From NCBI RefSeq assembly GCF_009914755.1, contig NC_060937.1: a stretch of DNA of 64,000 nucleotides, one strand, 5' to 3'. The position numbers and the translations under genes are program-made. The stretch is from the human T2T-CHM13v2.0 reference genome, Homo sapiens. Below, in pieces: positions 1 through 12,240 of the stretch (position 1 is its first letter; every line of letters starts with the position of its first letter). Below the pieces are notes generated by a model. It ran no database searches and was not told the origin of the DNA. It saw only the letters and a list, made by a program, of their open reading frames with translations.

Positions 1-559
1 CAAATTACAAAATAAATTTCATGCAAATATGAAACAAAGGAAACCTACATAGTCATATGAATGTGACTAAAAAAAAAAATTAGACTACAAATTAATATTA
101 CAAAAAAGAGTGTGTAACATGAAAATATGTTTTTAATCTATCAGGAATATACAAGGATTCAAAATTATTTTCACCTATTATAAATTGCATTATATAAAAC
201 AAAATTAAAAATAGATTTTTACAAGTGTAATAATTATGTTTTCTTAATACTTCACTTAGTAGAACTTTAACATATTAGGAAAATATAGAAACTATGCATA
301 TTACATCAGCATATGGGAGGATTTCTTAAACAGATGGAACATATATGACAGAAATGAATGCTAATAAATTTAAAATTAGACTTTCTGTAAAGCAAAATCA
401 CCACATACAAGTTAAATTACAAATCGCATTTAACAAAAGATTAATATAAATAGTAAATTTTTAAAAATCACAAACTTATAAACAGTGGTCAACCTTGTAT
501 CACAAAATCTATTCAATAATTTCATTAATATCTTATCACTGTAAGAAAAGTTACAGGAA

Positions 560-2351
560 TACAATAATTCAAGAGAAAATGAACTATCATTCTCAAATTA
601 TATGTTAATTTACTTAGAAATACAAAGAGAATCTGAAGAAAGGTATCAAGTAAGAGAGTTTAGCAATGACAGTAAATATTAGATTAGTGCAAATTCAATT
701 CTTTCAAATTAGTAACAAAATGCCACCAGTAATTGCAACAAACTCCAAGGCACCTATGAATAAATTAACAAAACATGCATGACTTTTATTATAAAAAGGT
801 ATTTTTAATTGAATGATTAAAATGGAACTGAGTAAAAGTGGAGATATAGGTTCCTGGAGAAAAAGAAGCAATATGATTAATTATTTGATAAATTCAGTGT
901 TTTTTTCATCAGAAATCCCAAATAATTTATGTGTGTGTGTGCACTAGTGGTGTATGTGTATGTGTGTGTGTTGTTCATATTTGCATGTGAGAAATTAACA
1001 AGCAGAATGTAGATATACTAAAGAACAAAGGATTTGCAGCTGCTGTTTTAATCCAGTTCTTCAGAAGCAGCCTGAAAAATAAGGATTCCTGTGCTAGTGT
1101 TTAAAAAAAAAAACATGACAAGAAGAAACTCCCTACCAAGGTGAGAGGAACGTGGCAAGGACAAAAGGGAACTTAGCAAGGCTGTGATTTCAGATAAAGC
1201 ACCATAACGAATAGATCTAGGTTGGTTTCATAGGAAAGCTCTGGAGTAAACTAACTGCTCACAATTGTTTCAAGACAGTGACTCTGGTCTTTCATATACC
1301 TACATTTCCACAGTCATTGTTTAGGGGCTGCTGCTGTTTTCCTGTTTGTAGACAAACCTGAGTTCCAGTAACATTAAGATGCTTGGAACCAAGAGCACAC
1401 CACAGGTAAGGGAATATACAAAATGGTTTTAAATAAATCTTAAGATTGTCCTAGCCTATTTGCCAAAACAATTTTTTAAAAAGGAAAAGATGGAGGGCAC
1501 TATTTTTTTTGCCTTTTATCAATAATTGTAAAAGTAGAACAAGCAATACCATCCAATATTTGTGCACGAAGAGAAAAATAGACCTGAGTATGAGAAGCAA
1601 ATCAATGAATATCGGAAAATTTGATATGTGAGAAAGACGGTTTTGCAAAATTAGTGGGAACACAGTAGAATTTCAATTAAAAGGTGTTGAAACAAATGTT
1701 TTCCATAAAAATTGAAATCAAATTAGATTTATCTTTCATAATGTATGCATAAGTCAATTTTAATTGAGTTAAATCATGAAATAGAAAATATAATATATAA
1801 TTATTTTAGAAGAAAATATAGGAGAATAGATTTTGAAGACCTTGAATTAGAAAAATATTTATTAAAAAAGACCCTAAAAGCAAAACCTTATAAAATTTTG
1901 ATTAATTCAACTACATGACTTATTTGTAGTCTTCTCAGCCTAAATATATAATTAAATAGTAAAATGACAGGCCAGAAAAGTGAAGACAGGCTTTGAAATA
2001 CAACTAAAGACAGATTAATTTTAATAATGTATTTTAAAACTCTCATAAGTCAATAAGAAAAAAACAAGAAGAAAATTAGCAAATAATATAAATAGAAAAT
2101 TTATAGGAAAGAAAATCAAATAGCTAATAATCATAAGAAATAATACTTAATTTTATTGGTAAAAAGAAGCTACATCTCCTCAAAAAACTTTATTTTAAAA
2201 GGTAAACAATTTTGAACTCATCATTTTGACTGATAATACCAAGAATTGGCAAAGATATGAAAATAAAACAGGTATTCTTTTATGTGCTGGAGAAAATTTA
2301 AATTGAACACTATTCAAGCAATTTAAAATAGTAAAGTTGAAGATAAATATA
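560..2351 (+). mobile_element. Old L1 (L1M/L1ME) ORF2 3' remnants, interrupted at ~1040-1430
   Basis: A-rich, degenerate L1 ORF2-like phrases (gaagaaaatataggagaata, aaagacc..aaaagcaaaacc, aaatagctaataatcataagaaa); no ORF. Confidence 0.6.
1040..1430 (-). mobile_element. Degenerate ERVL-class LTR (LTR33/LTR41/LTR16-like)
   Basis: ccagttcttcagaagcagcctgaaaaataaggattcctgtgctagtgttt resembles the reverse complement of an ERVL LTR 3' end; more GC-rich than the flanking L1. Confidence 0.35.
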
Positions 2352-2356
2352 CCTAT

Positions 2357-2708
2357 TGTCATGGACTGAATGATTGTGTCCCCTCCAAATCCATATGACG
2401 AATCCCTAATTCCCAATAAAATAGTATTTAGAGGTGCAGTCTTTGTGCGAAAATGAGATCATGAGGGTTAAGCCCTCATGAATGGGATTAGTGCCCTTAT
2501 AAGAAGAAACTGTAGAGCTGGTTCACTCTCCTTCTACCACATGAGAATACAAAAACTCAGCAGTCTGCAACCCTGAAGAGAGCTCTTACCGGAACCCAAT
2601 ATGCTGGTATCATGTTCTCTGATTTCCAGCCCCCAGAACTGTGAAAAATGAATTGATGTTAAATCTCCACCTATGGTGATTTGTTTAGCAGCCCAAGTGA
2701 AAAAGACA
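2357..2708 (+). mobile_element. MLT1A/MLT1A0 solo LTR (MaLR)
   Basis: TG...CA ends; gccctcatgaatgggattagtgcccttataagaaga core; 5-bp TSD cctat/tctat. Confidence 0.85.
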
Positions 2709-2754
2709 TCTATTCCAGTGGTACCACTTCTAGTAGTACAGTACCTTTGTAGTA

Positions 2755-2920
2755 TAGTACTTAGTACTATGTCATAGTGACTAACCATGTGTGGCTATTA
2801 CAATTTATACTCATATTTATTAAAATTAAATGAAGGTAAATATTCAGTGCTTCAGCCACAGGAGTTACAGTTTAAGTACCCAGTACTACACATGGCTGGT
2901 GTCTACTGTTTGGGAAGCAA
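2755..2920. mobile_element. MER3/MER33 hAT-Charlie DNA transposon
   Basis: ccatgtgtggctatt...aaattaaatgaaggtaaatattcagt...cacatggctggtgtctactgtttgg, typical of MER3/33. Confidence 0.7.
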
Positions 2921-2924
2921 AATA

Positions 2925-3400
2925 TTGGAAGCAAATACTATCAACAAGGAAATAAATCATTAATTATGGCACATCTATAAAATGAAATATATAGCAGTGA
3001 AAGTAAACTACCTCGAACTACACATATCAACATGGATAAGGCATATAGTTATTGACTGAAATGTTAGTTGTATAATGTAAAAAACCATTATTTCCCAGAA
3101 CGTAAAATATAAATTAAATTTAAAATACATTATTAAAGTTATAAGCAAAAATACTATGTAGTGTTTAAGTATATAATCATGCGAAGTAAATGTTTAAAGA
3201 CATGCATGTAAATGAAAAACACCAAATTTAGGAGATTGGCTAGCTCTCGTGAAGGTAGGTGTTTGAGTTGGGAGTGAGCTTGCTTAGGTGCACACAAGGA
3301 TACTTAATCCATATATTTGTAACTTACTTAACCTAAGTAATGGCATATGGTGGTTGTTATATTGCTCTCTTCCTTTTTACATTTCTGAAATTTTACAACA
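2925..3400 (+). mobile_element. L1ME 3' end remnant
   Basis: tatggcacatctataaaatgaaatatatagcagtgaaa...tcaacatggataa, L1M 3' UTR-like. Confidence 0.55.
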
Positions 3401-4372
3401 AATTATAATTTGTTAACCTCCTATTTTGCACCTTCTATTTTTAGGTTACATTTAAGATCAAATAAATTTAGGATTATAAGATCTATATACAGTTTTCTAA
3501 TACCTGTCTTCTAATTTCTGTGTTTAACATCCTGAATTCAACTGTTCTGGTTTATGTTTTGCATTTTTAATTATTGGACAATATATATAAATTACTGTTT
3601 TTTTTCTCTGAACTTAAATGCAGAAGTTACAGTTATATCATTACACACATTTTGTTGCTGTTCTTGTTGTTTTTTTCCTATCCAAAATCTATTATTATCC
3701 TCTCAGAGGGTAATTGTTTGAACACTTGATGAGCTTCTTCAAAGACTAATAAAATTCTTGCAAAACATAGTGTCAAGTAATGATCATTTTTCATGGTAAC
3801 ACTGAATTGTAATTTAGTATTCTATAGTTACAGTAATTATGAGGCTAGACAAAAGTGTGCATAATCTAATTTTATATCATAATATCTCTGATCATTATTA
3901 TGAGAAACTTTACTACTTTTTACTTACAAAAAACATTTACAATTATTAATACAATAATAAATGTATCAATGCATAAAATTTTTAAAATTACTTTCTTTAA
4001 AAATATAACTGCCTACAGATCTCTGACCTTTGACTTGAAAAGTAAATACAATTTTTCTTTAGCTGTGCATGATCGATCATGCAGTTACGAAAAAGTGCTT
4101 CCCAATGAGAGACTATTCAATTTCCTATCATTTCTAATTTGATTTTAATGACAAGTAATCATCTTAAAAACAAGGATCAGAGCATCAATCAGCCCTTCTT
4201 TAACTCTCAATTTGACAGTGTAATCTACTTAAACATAAAGGAGTTCAGGGATACTATGAAAGGGAAATCAATTTCTGACTTCATTCATTTATTATATGCT
4301 CTATATTATATAATAGCATATACTGCTTACCAAGCTTCAGAAAAAAAGGTTTTTTTATACTAAAGCTTCTAC

Positions 4373-4490
4373 TTTTTTTTGAGATGGGTTCTTACTATGT
4401 TGCCTAGTCTGGACTAAAATTCTTAGGCTCAAGAGATCCTCCTGCCTCATCCTCCCCGGTGGCTGGGACTACAGATTCATACTGCACCCA
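4373..4490 (-). mobile_element. FLAM / Alu left monomer
   Basis: T-run followed by gagatgggttcttactatgttgcc...ctcaagagatcctcctgcctca...gctgggactacag. Confidence 0.8.
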
Positions 4491-4569
4491 ATTTAAAACC
4501 TCCATTTCTTAAAGCAATCTTACTAGCAAGTCATTATTATCCCCTTTTTACCAATGAGTACATGGGGCA

Positions 4570-4727
4570 ATAATAACCTAATCTTTAACAACTGTTTATT
4601 TAATGTCAGATGTTGTTATAATTGCTTAAACATATCAATCCATACAATAATAGAAGAGGTAGGAGTTAACAGCATTCCCTTATTACAGAGGAAGGTATGA
4701 GGCAGCGGTACATTAGGAAATTTGCCC

Positions 4728-4728
<1 letters not shown>
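4570..4728 (-). mobile_element. MIR
   Basis: attccctttattacagaggaaggtatgaggc...aaatttgcccagg, the MIR core. Confidence 0.6.
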
Positions 4729-4999
<271 letters not shown>

Positions 5000-5187
5000 T
5001 TAAAAAATTTAAAAAGAGACGTCAAATACCTAAAGGACTCTCTATTCAATCCCAAAGCCCTCTGGCTTCAATGCTTATTCTCTTAAACACAACGCTAAAG
5101 CTGCTTCTACATAAGAGAGCCAGGGCTCAATTTCACGATTCCCCGTTATCAAACCCATTCTCTAAATGTTACACTGTATAGTAGTCC

Positions 5188-5991
5188 TGATACCTACAGG
5201 AGACAGGGAAATACTGGTTTCCTGGTAAATCACCCCCATCAACGCTCCGCTCAAGCCTCAGGCCTGAAGACCTGTGGCCCTAAATAAGGACAGGCATTCC
5301 CGTTTTTACAGCCAAAAAATTGCCTTTTGGCCCGCCACGCCCCCTATCCCGCACTAATATAAACCGCGAATCCCAGGCTCCAGAAGCCCACCAGCAAGCC
5401 AGCAGATCAGCAGATGTACCGCAGAACGATGCGGCAGAGAAAGAAAGAAGAGGAGGGACATCTAAACGCGGACAGGAGTTCCGCCAGGCAGTTAGAGAGG
5501 AGTCCGGCCGCGGTGTGGCCCGACCCTAGGGGTAGATCACCTTCCCACTTTATCCCCCGCTTCTGGCTCCCGATGCATCCTGCTGAGAGACACTTCCGCC
5601 ACTCAGTAAAACCTCCTATTCATCCTTCAAGCCCATGTGTGACCCGATGTTTCCAGGACGCTGGGCAAGAGTTCCGAATACAGAAAGCTGTCACACTGGC
5701 TCTCCGTCCTTGCGAAAAGGCAGAGGGTCCACTGAGCTGATTAACACTGAAGCCATCTGCAGACAGCAAAGCTGAAAGAGCTTTGTAACACTGGGGTGGC
5801 AGACACCCACCCCTAGACACTACGGTGGGGCAGGAGCAAACAGCGCTCCTTCTGGCCTCTGCACCTGCCCCTCTGCATGTTCCTCCTCTTGCTAGGGGTT
5901 TGAGCCGCATAGGAACAGAACTGGCAAGCCACACCCCTGTCACCAAGTCCTCCTGCAAGGGAAATGAAGCAACTCTCCCATTTTAGTTTCA
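5188..5991 (+). mobile_element. LTR1-family ERV1 solo LTR
   Basis: Starts tgata..caggagacagggaaatactgg and ends aactctcccattttagtttca; ~800 bp; contains gccttttggcccgccacgccccctatcc. Confidence 0.8.
5329..5363 (+). promoter_or_regulatory. GC box (SP/KLF-type) plus TATA box of the LTR1 U3 region
   Basis: ggcccgccacgccccc at 5329-5344 and tataaa at 5358-5363, inside a CpG-rich stretch; activity not shown. Confidence 0.5.
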
Positions 5992-6288
5992 GTTCCTTGG
6001 TATTCACAGAAAATTGGTTTCAGAACCCACCCCCCGCTTGGATGCCAAAATCCATCAAGTTCCTTACATAAAATGGTGTTAGTATTTGCAAAGAATCTAG
6101 GCACATTTTCCCATTCAAAACATCTCTCTATTACATATAATACTTAATACAATGTAAGTGCTATGTCAATAGTTGTTATAATGTATTTTTAAAATTTATG
6201 TTGTTTTATATATATTTTTCCCAATATTCTTGATCTGGGGTTGGTTGAATCTACTCCTGCAGAACATGCAAATAGGAAGGGCTGACTT
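5992..6288 (+). mobile_element. MER2 (Tigger-type) DNA transposon; its first ~8 bp lie at 5180-5187
   Basis: ccttggtattc...ttggtttcagaaccc...taaaatggtgttagtatttgca...ttggttgaatc...gggctgact. Confidence 0.8.
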
Positions 6289-6699
6289 TTTTGCCAACAA
6301 TGTGCTTCCTGTAATGGTGACTAGATTGATTTTGACTGGCACTTCCACTAAAGAGTATGAACAGGATGATTTTTAAAATCTATTCAGATGTTTTGGGATG
6401 TCACCAAGGTAGCAGGAAATTACAGGGCATAAATCAGGAGAGAAGAAAAGCCAAAACATCCAAGGACTTTGAGCCCTTCAACTTTTGAGGTATGTGCAGA
6501 CTCAAAACTACGGCAGCTGAGAGGTTGGAGAAAACTTTTGGCAGACATTGGATTGAGAGAAAAGCTGGAGTCCATTACTTTCAATGGGTCACATAAAGGC
6601 AAAACGTGGGAATAAAGGGTAACTAAAAAAGACCAGCTATGCATTACCTCAATTTCTTATTGGATTCATGTTATCTACTAGCTGCTCAACAGAAGGAAC

Positions 6700-7260
6700 T
6701 AAATCTTCTCTTAAGTAACAGAAGCTTAAGAAAATACAGGATGTGATAAAAGTTCTAACATATGTGTAGCTCAAAACCCAGATAAATAGGAAAGAGATCG
6801 TAAGATGGAAGAAATAGTTAAAATGTTAAGAACTGAGAATTTTCCAAAACTGACTAAAGACTTCAAGATAAGAATTGAAGAAGATATAAAGACCCCAACC
6901 AGGATAAATTCAAATAAAACTATAGTTAGGCCCATCATATAAAAACTAGTGAAAGACAAAGTGAAAATTTAAAAAATTAGCCTGAGGGCTTATTAAAAAA
7001 AATGTACCTCCTTCAATGGACTCAAAATAATACTAATAGTTGACTTTGTAACAGAAGTAATGGAATCCAAAAGATATTTATCTTTAAAATGCTAAAAGTT
7101 AGTAAATGCCATCCTAAAAGCCTTTATCCAATTAAAACATCATTTAATGAAGAAGCCTAATTAAGTCATTTTCAGACAAAAATAGATAATTTGTTAAAAG
7201 CAGACTCATATAAAAGTAAGTATTATAGAATGCTGTTGAGGCACAAAGAGTAGTCTTCCA
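6700..7260 (+). mobile_element. Old L1M ORF1 remnant
   Basis: actgagaattttccaaaactga...gaccccaaccaggataaat...aggcccatcatataaaaact (ENFP..., TP.RIN, PRHII-like motifs). Confidence 0.65.
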
Positions 7261-7579
7261 TGCAAATATTTCATATTTGGAAAATGTGAAACCTTAAGAT
7301 AAGGCAGTGAGAACATCAGCCTAGATGCATTTGTAAATCTGTTATCCCTACTTTCTCTCAGCCTTTGTATGCTCAGTATGTAAGTACCAATTAAAAGTAA
7401 ACAGTTCTTACTCTATAGTCCATCCAGTTATGACCCTAAAACAGAAGAGAAATGAGAGGAGAAAACCTGCTTATGGGCAGAAATTTCATTAGTACTGTTG
7501 TCATTCCTCCTCTTTTTTTTTTTAATTCCAGAAAGAAAAGTGACTCTAAATATGAATATTTGAAGTCATTAGTTTGAAT

Positions 7580-8130
7580 TGGATGGTTAGGTGGTTGGAA
7601 AGAAAATGATTAGTAGATAGAGAGAAAGAGGTTTAGTGTAGAGGCATAGGGTGGAAACTTTAGGAGTATACATTAGTGAGAACATCTTTGAATCCTGTAT
7701 GATTACCAAACAGAAAGCAGCCACCATTAACAACGAAGAAGATAAAATAACTCGAAAAGTTGATGTCAACAAACCTTCATCAGAATTGGCACAATAAGTC
7801 CACAAGTCCATCACTCATATAATGCACCATACCTTGAGAAAATAAGCCATCCAATTGTTAGCCAGTTGATTCATGAAAGGCAGTGATTCTTCTTGACTAG
7901 TTTGCACACATTATCCAAGTATGGTTGCCTTTTCAACAGAGCCTCATTTAGAAGCATTACGTGAGGTTACAGAGTGTTTGATTCTCCAAAACAGGTTATT
8001 TGTATTAGAATGAAGGACATACATTTTAGCAAAGCAGATGATGCGGTGAGACAAACGGACTCAGTGATCAGATCACATATAACAATAACCAGAAAACACT
8101 GACCCAAGGTTATACAACAGCACATGAAGG
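7580..8130 (+). mobile_element. ERVL/MaLR internal fragment (RNase H to integrase-derived, decayed)
   Basis: ggatggttaggtggttggaaagaaaatgattagtagata...gaggtttagtgtagaggcatagggtgga resembles ERVL pol W.GTWK..DW.IGDKEVWGRGMW. Confidence 0.55.
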
Positions 8131-8552
8131 AGCAGCACAAAATGAGGTCAGAGGAGGGAAGAAAAGATGGATTTCAGAACAGATGATTAGCTTTAGAAAT
8201 TAGGAGATATTTCCTCCATTCTGAAAGTGGGAAAAAGAAAAACGTGTGAATGAAATTGCAGATACTATAGTTTTGTTAAATATGATTTTACTGTATGTTT
8301 GAATTTATGTAAATATTTTAATGAATGAATATTATAAAGAATTTTAATACTTTGTAGTGTTCCATGGCATATAACAATATGAGTTTTAAAATATCTTTGA
8401 AAAGATTAATAAATTAGCAGAGTTTAATCCCAAATTGACAGTATTATTTTCAATTTTAGAATTGCAATAGGGTTGATTACCACTAAAAGAACTAGCAAGA
8501 AAAAAAGTCTTCTATAAGTGGAGAATAAATCAACACTATAAGAATTTGTTGA

Positions 8553-8874
<322 letters not shown>

Positions 8875-9479
8875 TGAGCCTAGCACAGTGTTAGAGGTAT
8901 AAAAAGAGATAAAATACAGACTCAATGATTAAGACTAAGCAAGAAGTTCTGCTCAACATAAAATATATAAAGATTAAACAAATCTGAAATAGATTGTGGG
9001 ATCGTTAAAATATTGTATACAGAAATTCAAAATGTCTTTAAAAATTGCTGTTATAAATAACTATAAATGAATGTGAGGATTAAGATGTCAAATCTAGATG
9101 CTATACATGGTATCTTGGAATAAGAAGTTATATTTAATGTCTGTGACTAGTTTTCATTTAGCCAGACTTCAGTAGATTCAAAATATTTATTTAACTTTCT
9201 TATTTAAATGACTTATAAGTCAATTTATTAAGTTGAAAGACTGAAAGGAAGTTTGATTTTTAAATGTTATTACTTAGAGTTCATAAAAAAATATGGAGTT
9301 AATATACATTTTTATTTAATTTGCTTAATTTGCTCATAAGAGATTTATTGCTCTATAATATTGAAAGCTTCCTGAGCAATTGATTAACATTTGCTTGTCT
9401 TTCAGTGGTTTTCTTTCAAAATAGGTGACAATGATTTTTTAAGAATCCTCTAATTTATTCCCTAATTTATTCATCTTTG

Positions 9480-9620
9480 TTTAGTAAGGTAAAGTTCCTA
9501 CCTTAATGGAACTGATATACTAGTGGGAGAGATAGACAAGCAGATACAAAATTTTTAAAAGGTAAAAATATATGCAAATAAATATAACAAAAATATAATT
9601 TCAGTTAAAGTGAGCTAAGG
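9480..9620 (-). mobile_element. L2 fragment
   Basis: gttcctaccttaatggaactgatatactagtgggagagatagac. Confidence 0.5.
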
Positions 9621-9915
9621 AGGGCTAGAGTGGTGGCTGTTTTGCCTCCTTGCCAGAGTACAAAGTGAAAATATTTTACCAAATAACTTCACAGTGAATA
9701 TTTATCCCATATTTCTCATATATTTAAAAATCTTTTCATGAGCTCAAGATTCTAAAATAGAGTTAACTAGATAATATTCAAAACAGTTAAAATGAAAAGA
9801 AAATTACTTGGCAAAAATCCAGCTATTTTATTTTCTTGGAAATATTGAGGACATTTTGGTAATCTTAGATCTTCATTGTAGTTCTTGATTGTTCAAAAGT
9901 ATTTACATATGTCAT

Positions 9916-10180
9916 TTTTCTGAGTTGAATAGTGTTTCCCCAAAATTTATGTCCACCTGGAACCTGTGAATGAGACCTTGTCTATAAATGGGATTTTAGC
10001 AGATGTAATCAAGTTAAGACAAGGTCATACTAGATGAGAGTTAGGCTGTAAATCTGATATATATGGTGCTTTATAGGAAGGAGGAAATTAAGACACAGAG
10101 ACACACAAAGAAAAGATGATCATGTGAAGATGGTGGGATAAATTAGAGGGATCCAGTCACACCTGGATCGTCAAGGTTTG
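9916..10180 (+). mobile_element. MLT1B/C LTR, 5' part
   Basis: gagttgaatagtgtttccccaaaatttatgtccacctggaacctgtgaatgagacctt...gcagatgtaatcaagttaag. Confidence 0.8.
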
Positions 10181-10189
10181 CTTTGATCC

Positions 10190-10527
10190 TGCCTACCAGT
10201 GACAGACCACAGAGGGAACCTAAGGAAGGTCTATTCCTGGGAAACTGCGGAGTCCTTTAACAGCCCGATCAAGGCTCAATGACTCCTGGAGCTTTTGTTA
10301 AACCCTTAGACTTGGAAAGCAGTCTTGGAAGGAAGTCTTCATGCTTCCACCACACCTTCTCTTCCTTTCTTCTTCATTTGTGGTCAAACTTGTATCACTG
10401 TCTGTGGATCTCTCAGCTTTTTCCAGATCCATCCCCATTTTCTTTGAGGCAGGTATTTTCCCTAACAAAATCTTTGTACATTTGATACCATCTTGGCATC
10501 TGCCTTTAGAGGTTCAGGATTAACACA
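10190..10527 (+). mobile_element. ERVL LTR 3' part (LTR33/LTR41-like)
   Basis: Ends ccatcttggcatctgcctttagaggttcaggattaacaca, matching the end of this LTR class. Confidence 0.5.
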
Positions 10528-10551
10528 GTTGGACAATTTGATATTCCCAAG

Positions 10552-12226
10552 TGATATGGTTTGGCTCTGAGTCCTCACCCAAATCTCATCTTGAGTTGTA
10601 CTCCCTTAATTCCCACGTATTGTGGAAGGGAGCTGGTGGGAGATTATTTGAATCATCAAGGCAGTTTCCCCCATACTGTTCTTGTGGTAGTGAATAAGTC
10701 TCATGAGATCTCATGATTTTATCAGAGGTTTCCACTTTAGCGGCTCCCTCATCTTCTCTTGCCACTGCCATGTAAGAAGTGCCTTTCACCTCTCTCCATG
10801 ATTCTGAGGCCTCCCCAGCCATGTGGAACTGTAAGTCCAATTAAACCTCTTTTTCTTCCCAGTCTCAGATATGTTACTATCAGCAGCGTGAAAATGGACC
10901 AATATAGTAAATTGGTACCAGTAGAGTGGGGCATTGCTGAAAAAATACCCGAAAATGTGGAAGTGACTTTAGAACTGGATAATAGGCAGAGGGTTGGAAC
11001 TGTTTCAAGGGCTCAGAAGAAGACTGGGAAATGTCGGAAAGTTTGGAACTTCCTGGAGACTTGTTGAATGGCTTTGACCAGGAACCTGATGGCTATATGG
11101 ACGATAAGGTCCAGGCGGAGGTGGTCTAAGATGGAGATGAGGAACTTTTTGGGAACTGGAGCAAAGGTAACTCTTGCTATGTGTTAGCAAAGAGACTGGT
11201 GACATTTTGCCCCTGCCCTACAGATCTTTGGAACTTTGAATTTGAGAGAGATGATTTAGGGTATCTGGTGGAAGAAATTTATAAGCAGTGAAGCATTCAA
11301 GAGGTGACTTGGCCGCTGTTAAAAGCACTCAGTTTTACAAGTGAAGCAGAATACAAAAGTTTGGAAAATTTGCAGGCTGACAATGTGAGAAAACAGAAAA
11401 ACCCATTTTCTGAGGATAATTTCAAGACAGCTGCAGAAATTTGCAAAGTAATAAAGGTCTGAATGTTAATCCCCAAGACAATGTGAAAAAATGTCTCCAG
11501 AGTATGTCAGAGGTCTTCACAGCAACCCCTACCATTATAGGCCCAGAGGCCTAGGAGAAAACGGTTTTATGAGCCAGGACCTTGGCCCAGTGCTTTGTGC
11601 AGACTTGGTGCCCTGTGTCCCAGCTGCTCCAGCTGTGGCTTAGAGGGGCCAATATAGAGCTTGGGCTGGGGCCAGAGGGTGCAAATCCCAAGCCTTGGCA
11701 GCTTCCATATGGTGTTGAGCCTGCCAGTGCCCTGGTCCTGCAGCAAACATTGCCTGGGCATCCAGGCATTTCCATCATCTGAAATCTAGGTGGAGCTTCC
11801 CAAACTCCCAAACTTTCCAACTGCAATGTAGGCAGAGGTTCCCAAACTGTTGGGAAGGCATGATTGATTTTGAAATGTGAGGCCATGAGATTCGGAGGGG
11901 CCAGGGGTGGAATGATATGGTCTGGTCTGGTTCAGTGTCCCCACCAAAATCTCATCTTGAATTGTACTCTCATAATTGCCATGTGTTGTGGGAGGGACCT
12001 GGTGGGAGATAATTTAGTGAATAAGTATCACAAGACCTTACGGTATTAATGGGGAGTTCTGCTTTTGCATCTTCCTCATTTTCTCCTGCTGCCGCCATGT
12101 AAGAAGAACCTTTTGCTTCCCGCCACGATTCTGGGGCCTCCCAGCCATGTGGAACTGTAAGTTCAATTAAACCTTTTTCTTCCCAGTCTCTTCTCTTTAT
12201 CAGTGGCATGAAAATGTACTAATACA
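10552..12226 (+). mobile_element. THE1A/B provirus: 5' LTR 10552-10906, shortened and rearranged internal region 10907-11912, 3' LTR 11913-12226
   Basis: Two tgatatggt...taata(c/t)a LTRs; internal starts gtaaattggtaccagtagagtgggg; polypurine tract ggggccaggggtggaa; TSD ccaag/caaag. Confidence 0.92.
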
Positions 12227-12240
12227 CAAAGATCTGGTTT

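Noticed and set aside
5320-6007. Overlapping 64-112 aa ORFs
   Set aside because: Essentially confined to LTR1, on both strands; an artefact of GC content
6426-6489. Possible exon just downstream of LTR1 (ends GAG|gtatgt)
   Set aside because: The acceptor (ggaaattacag) lacks a pyrimidine tract, and the region is probably old L1
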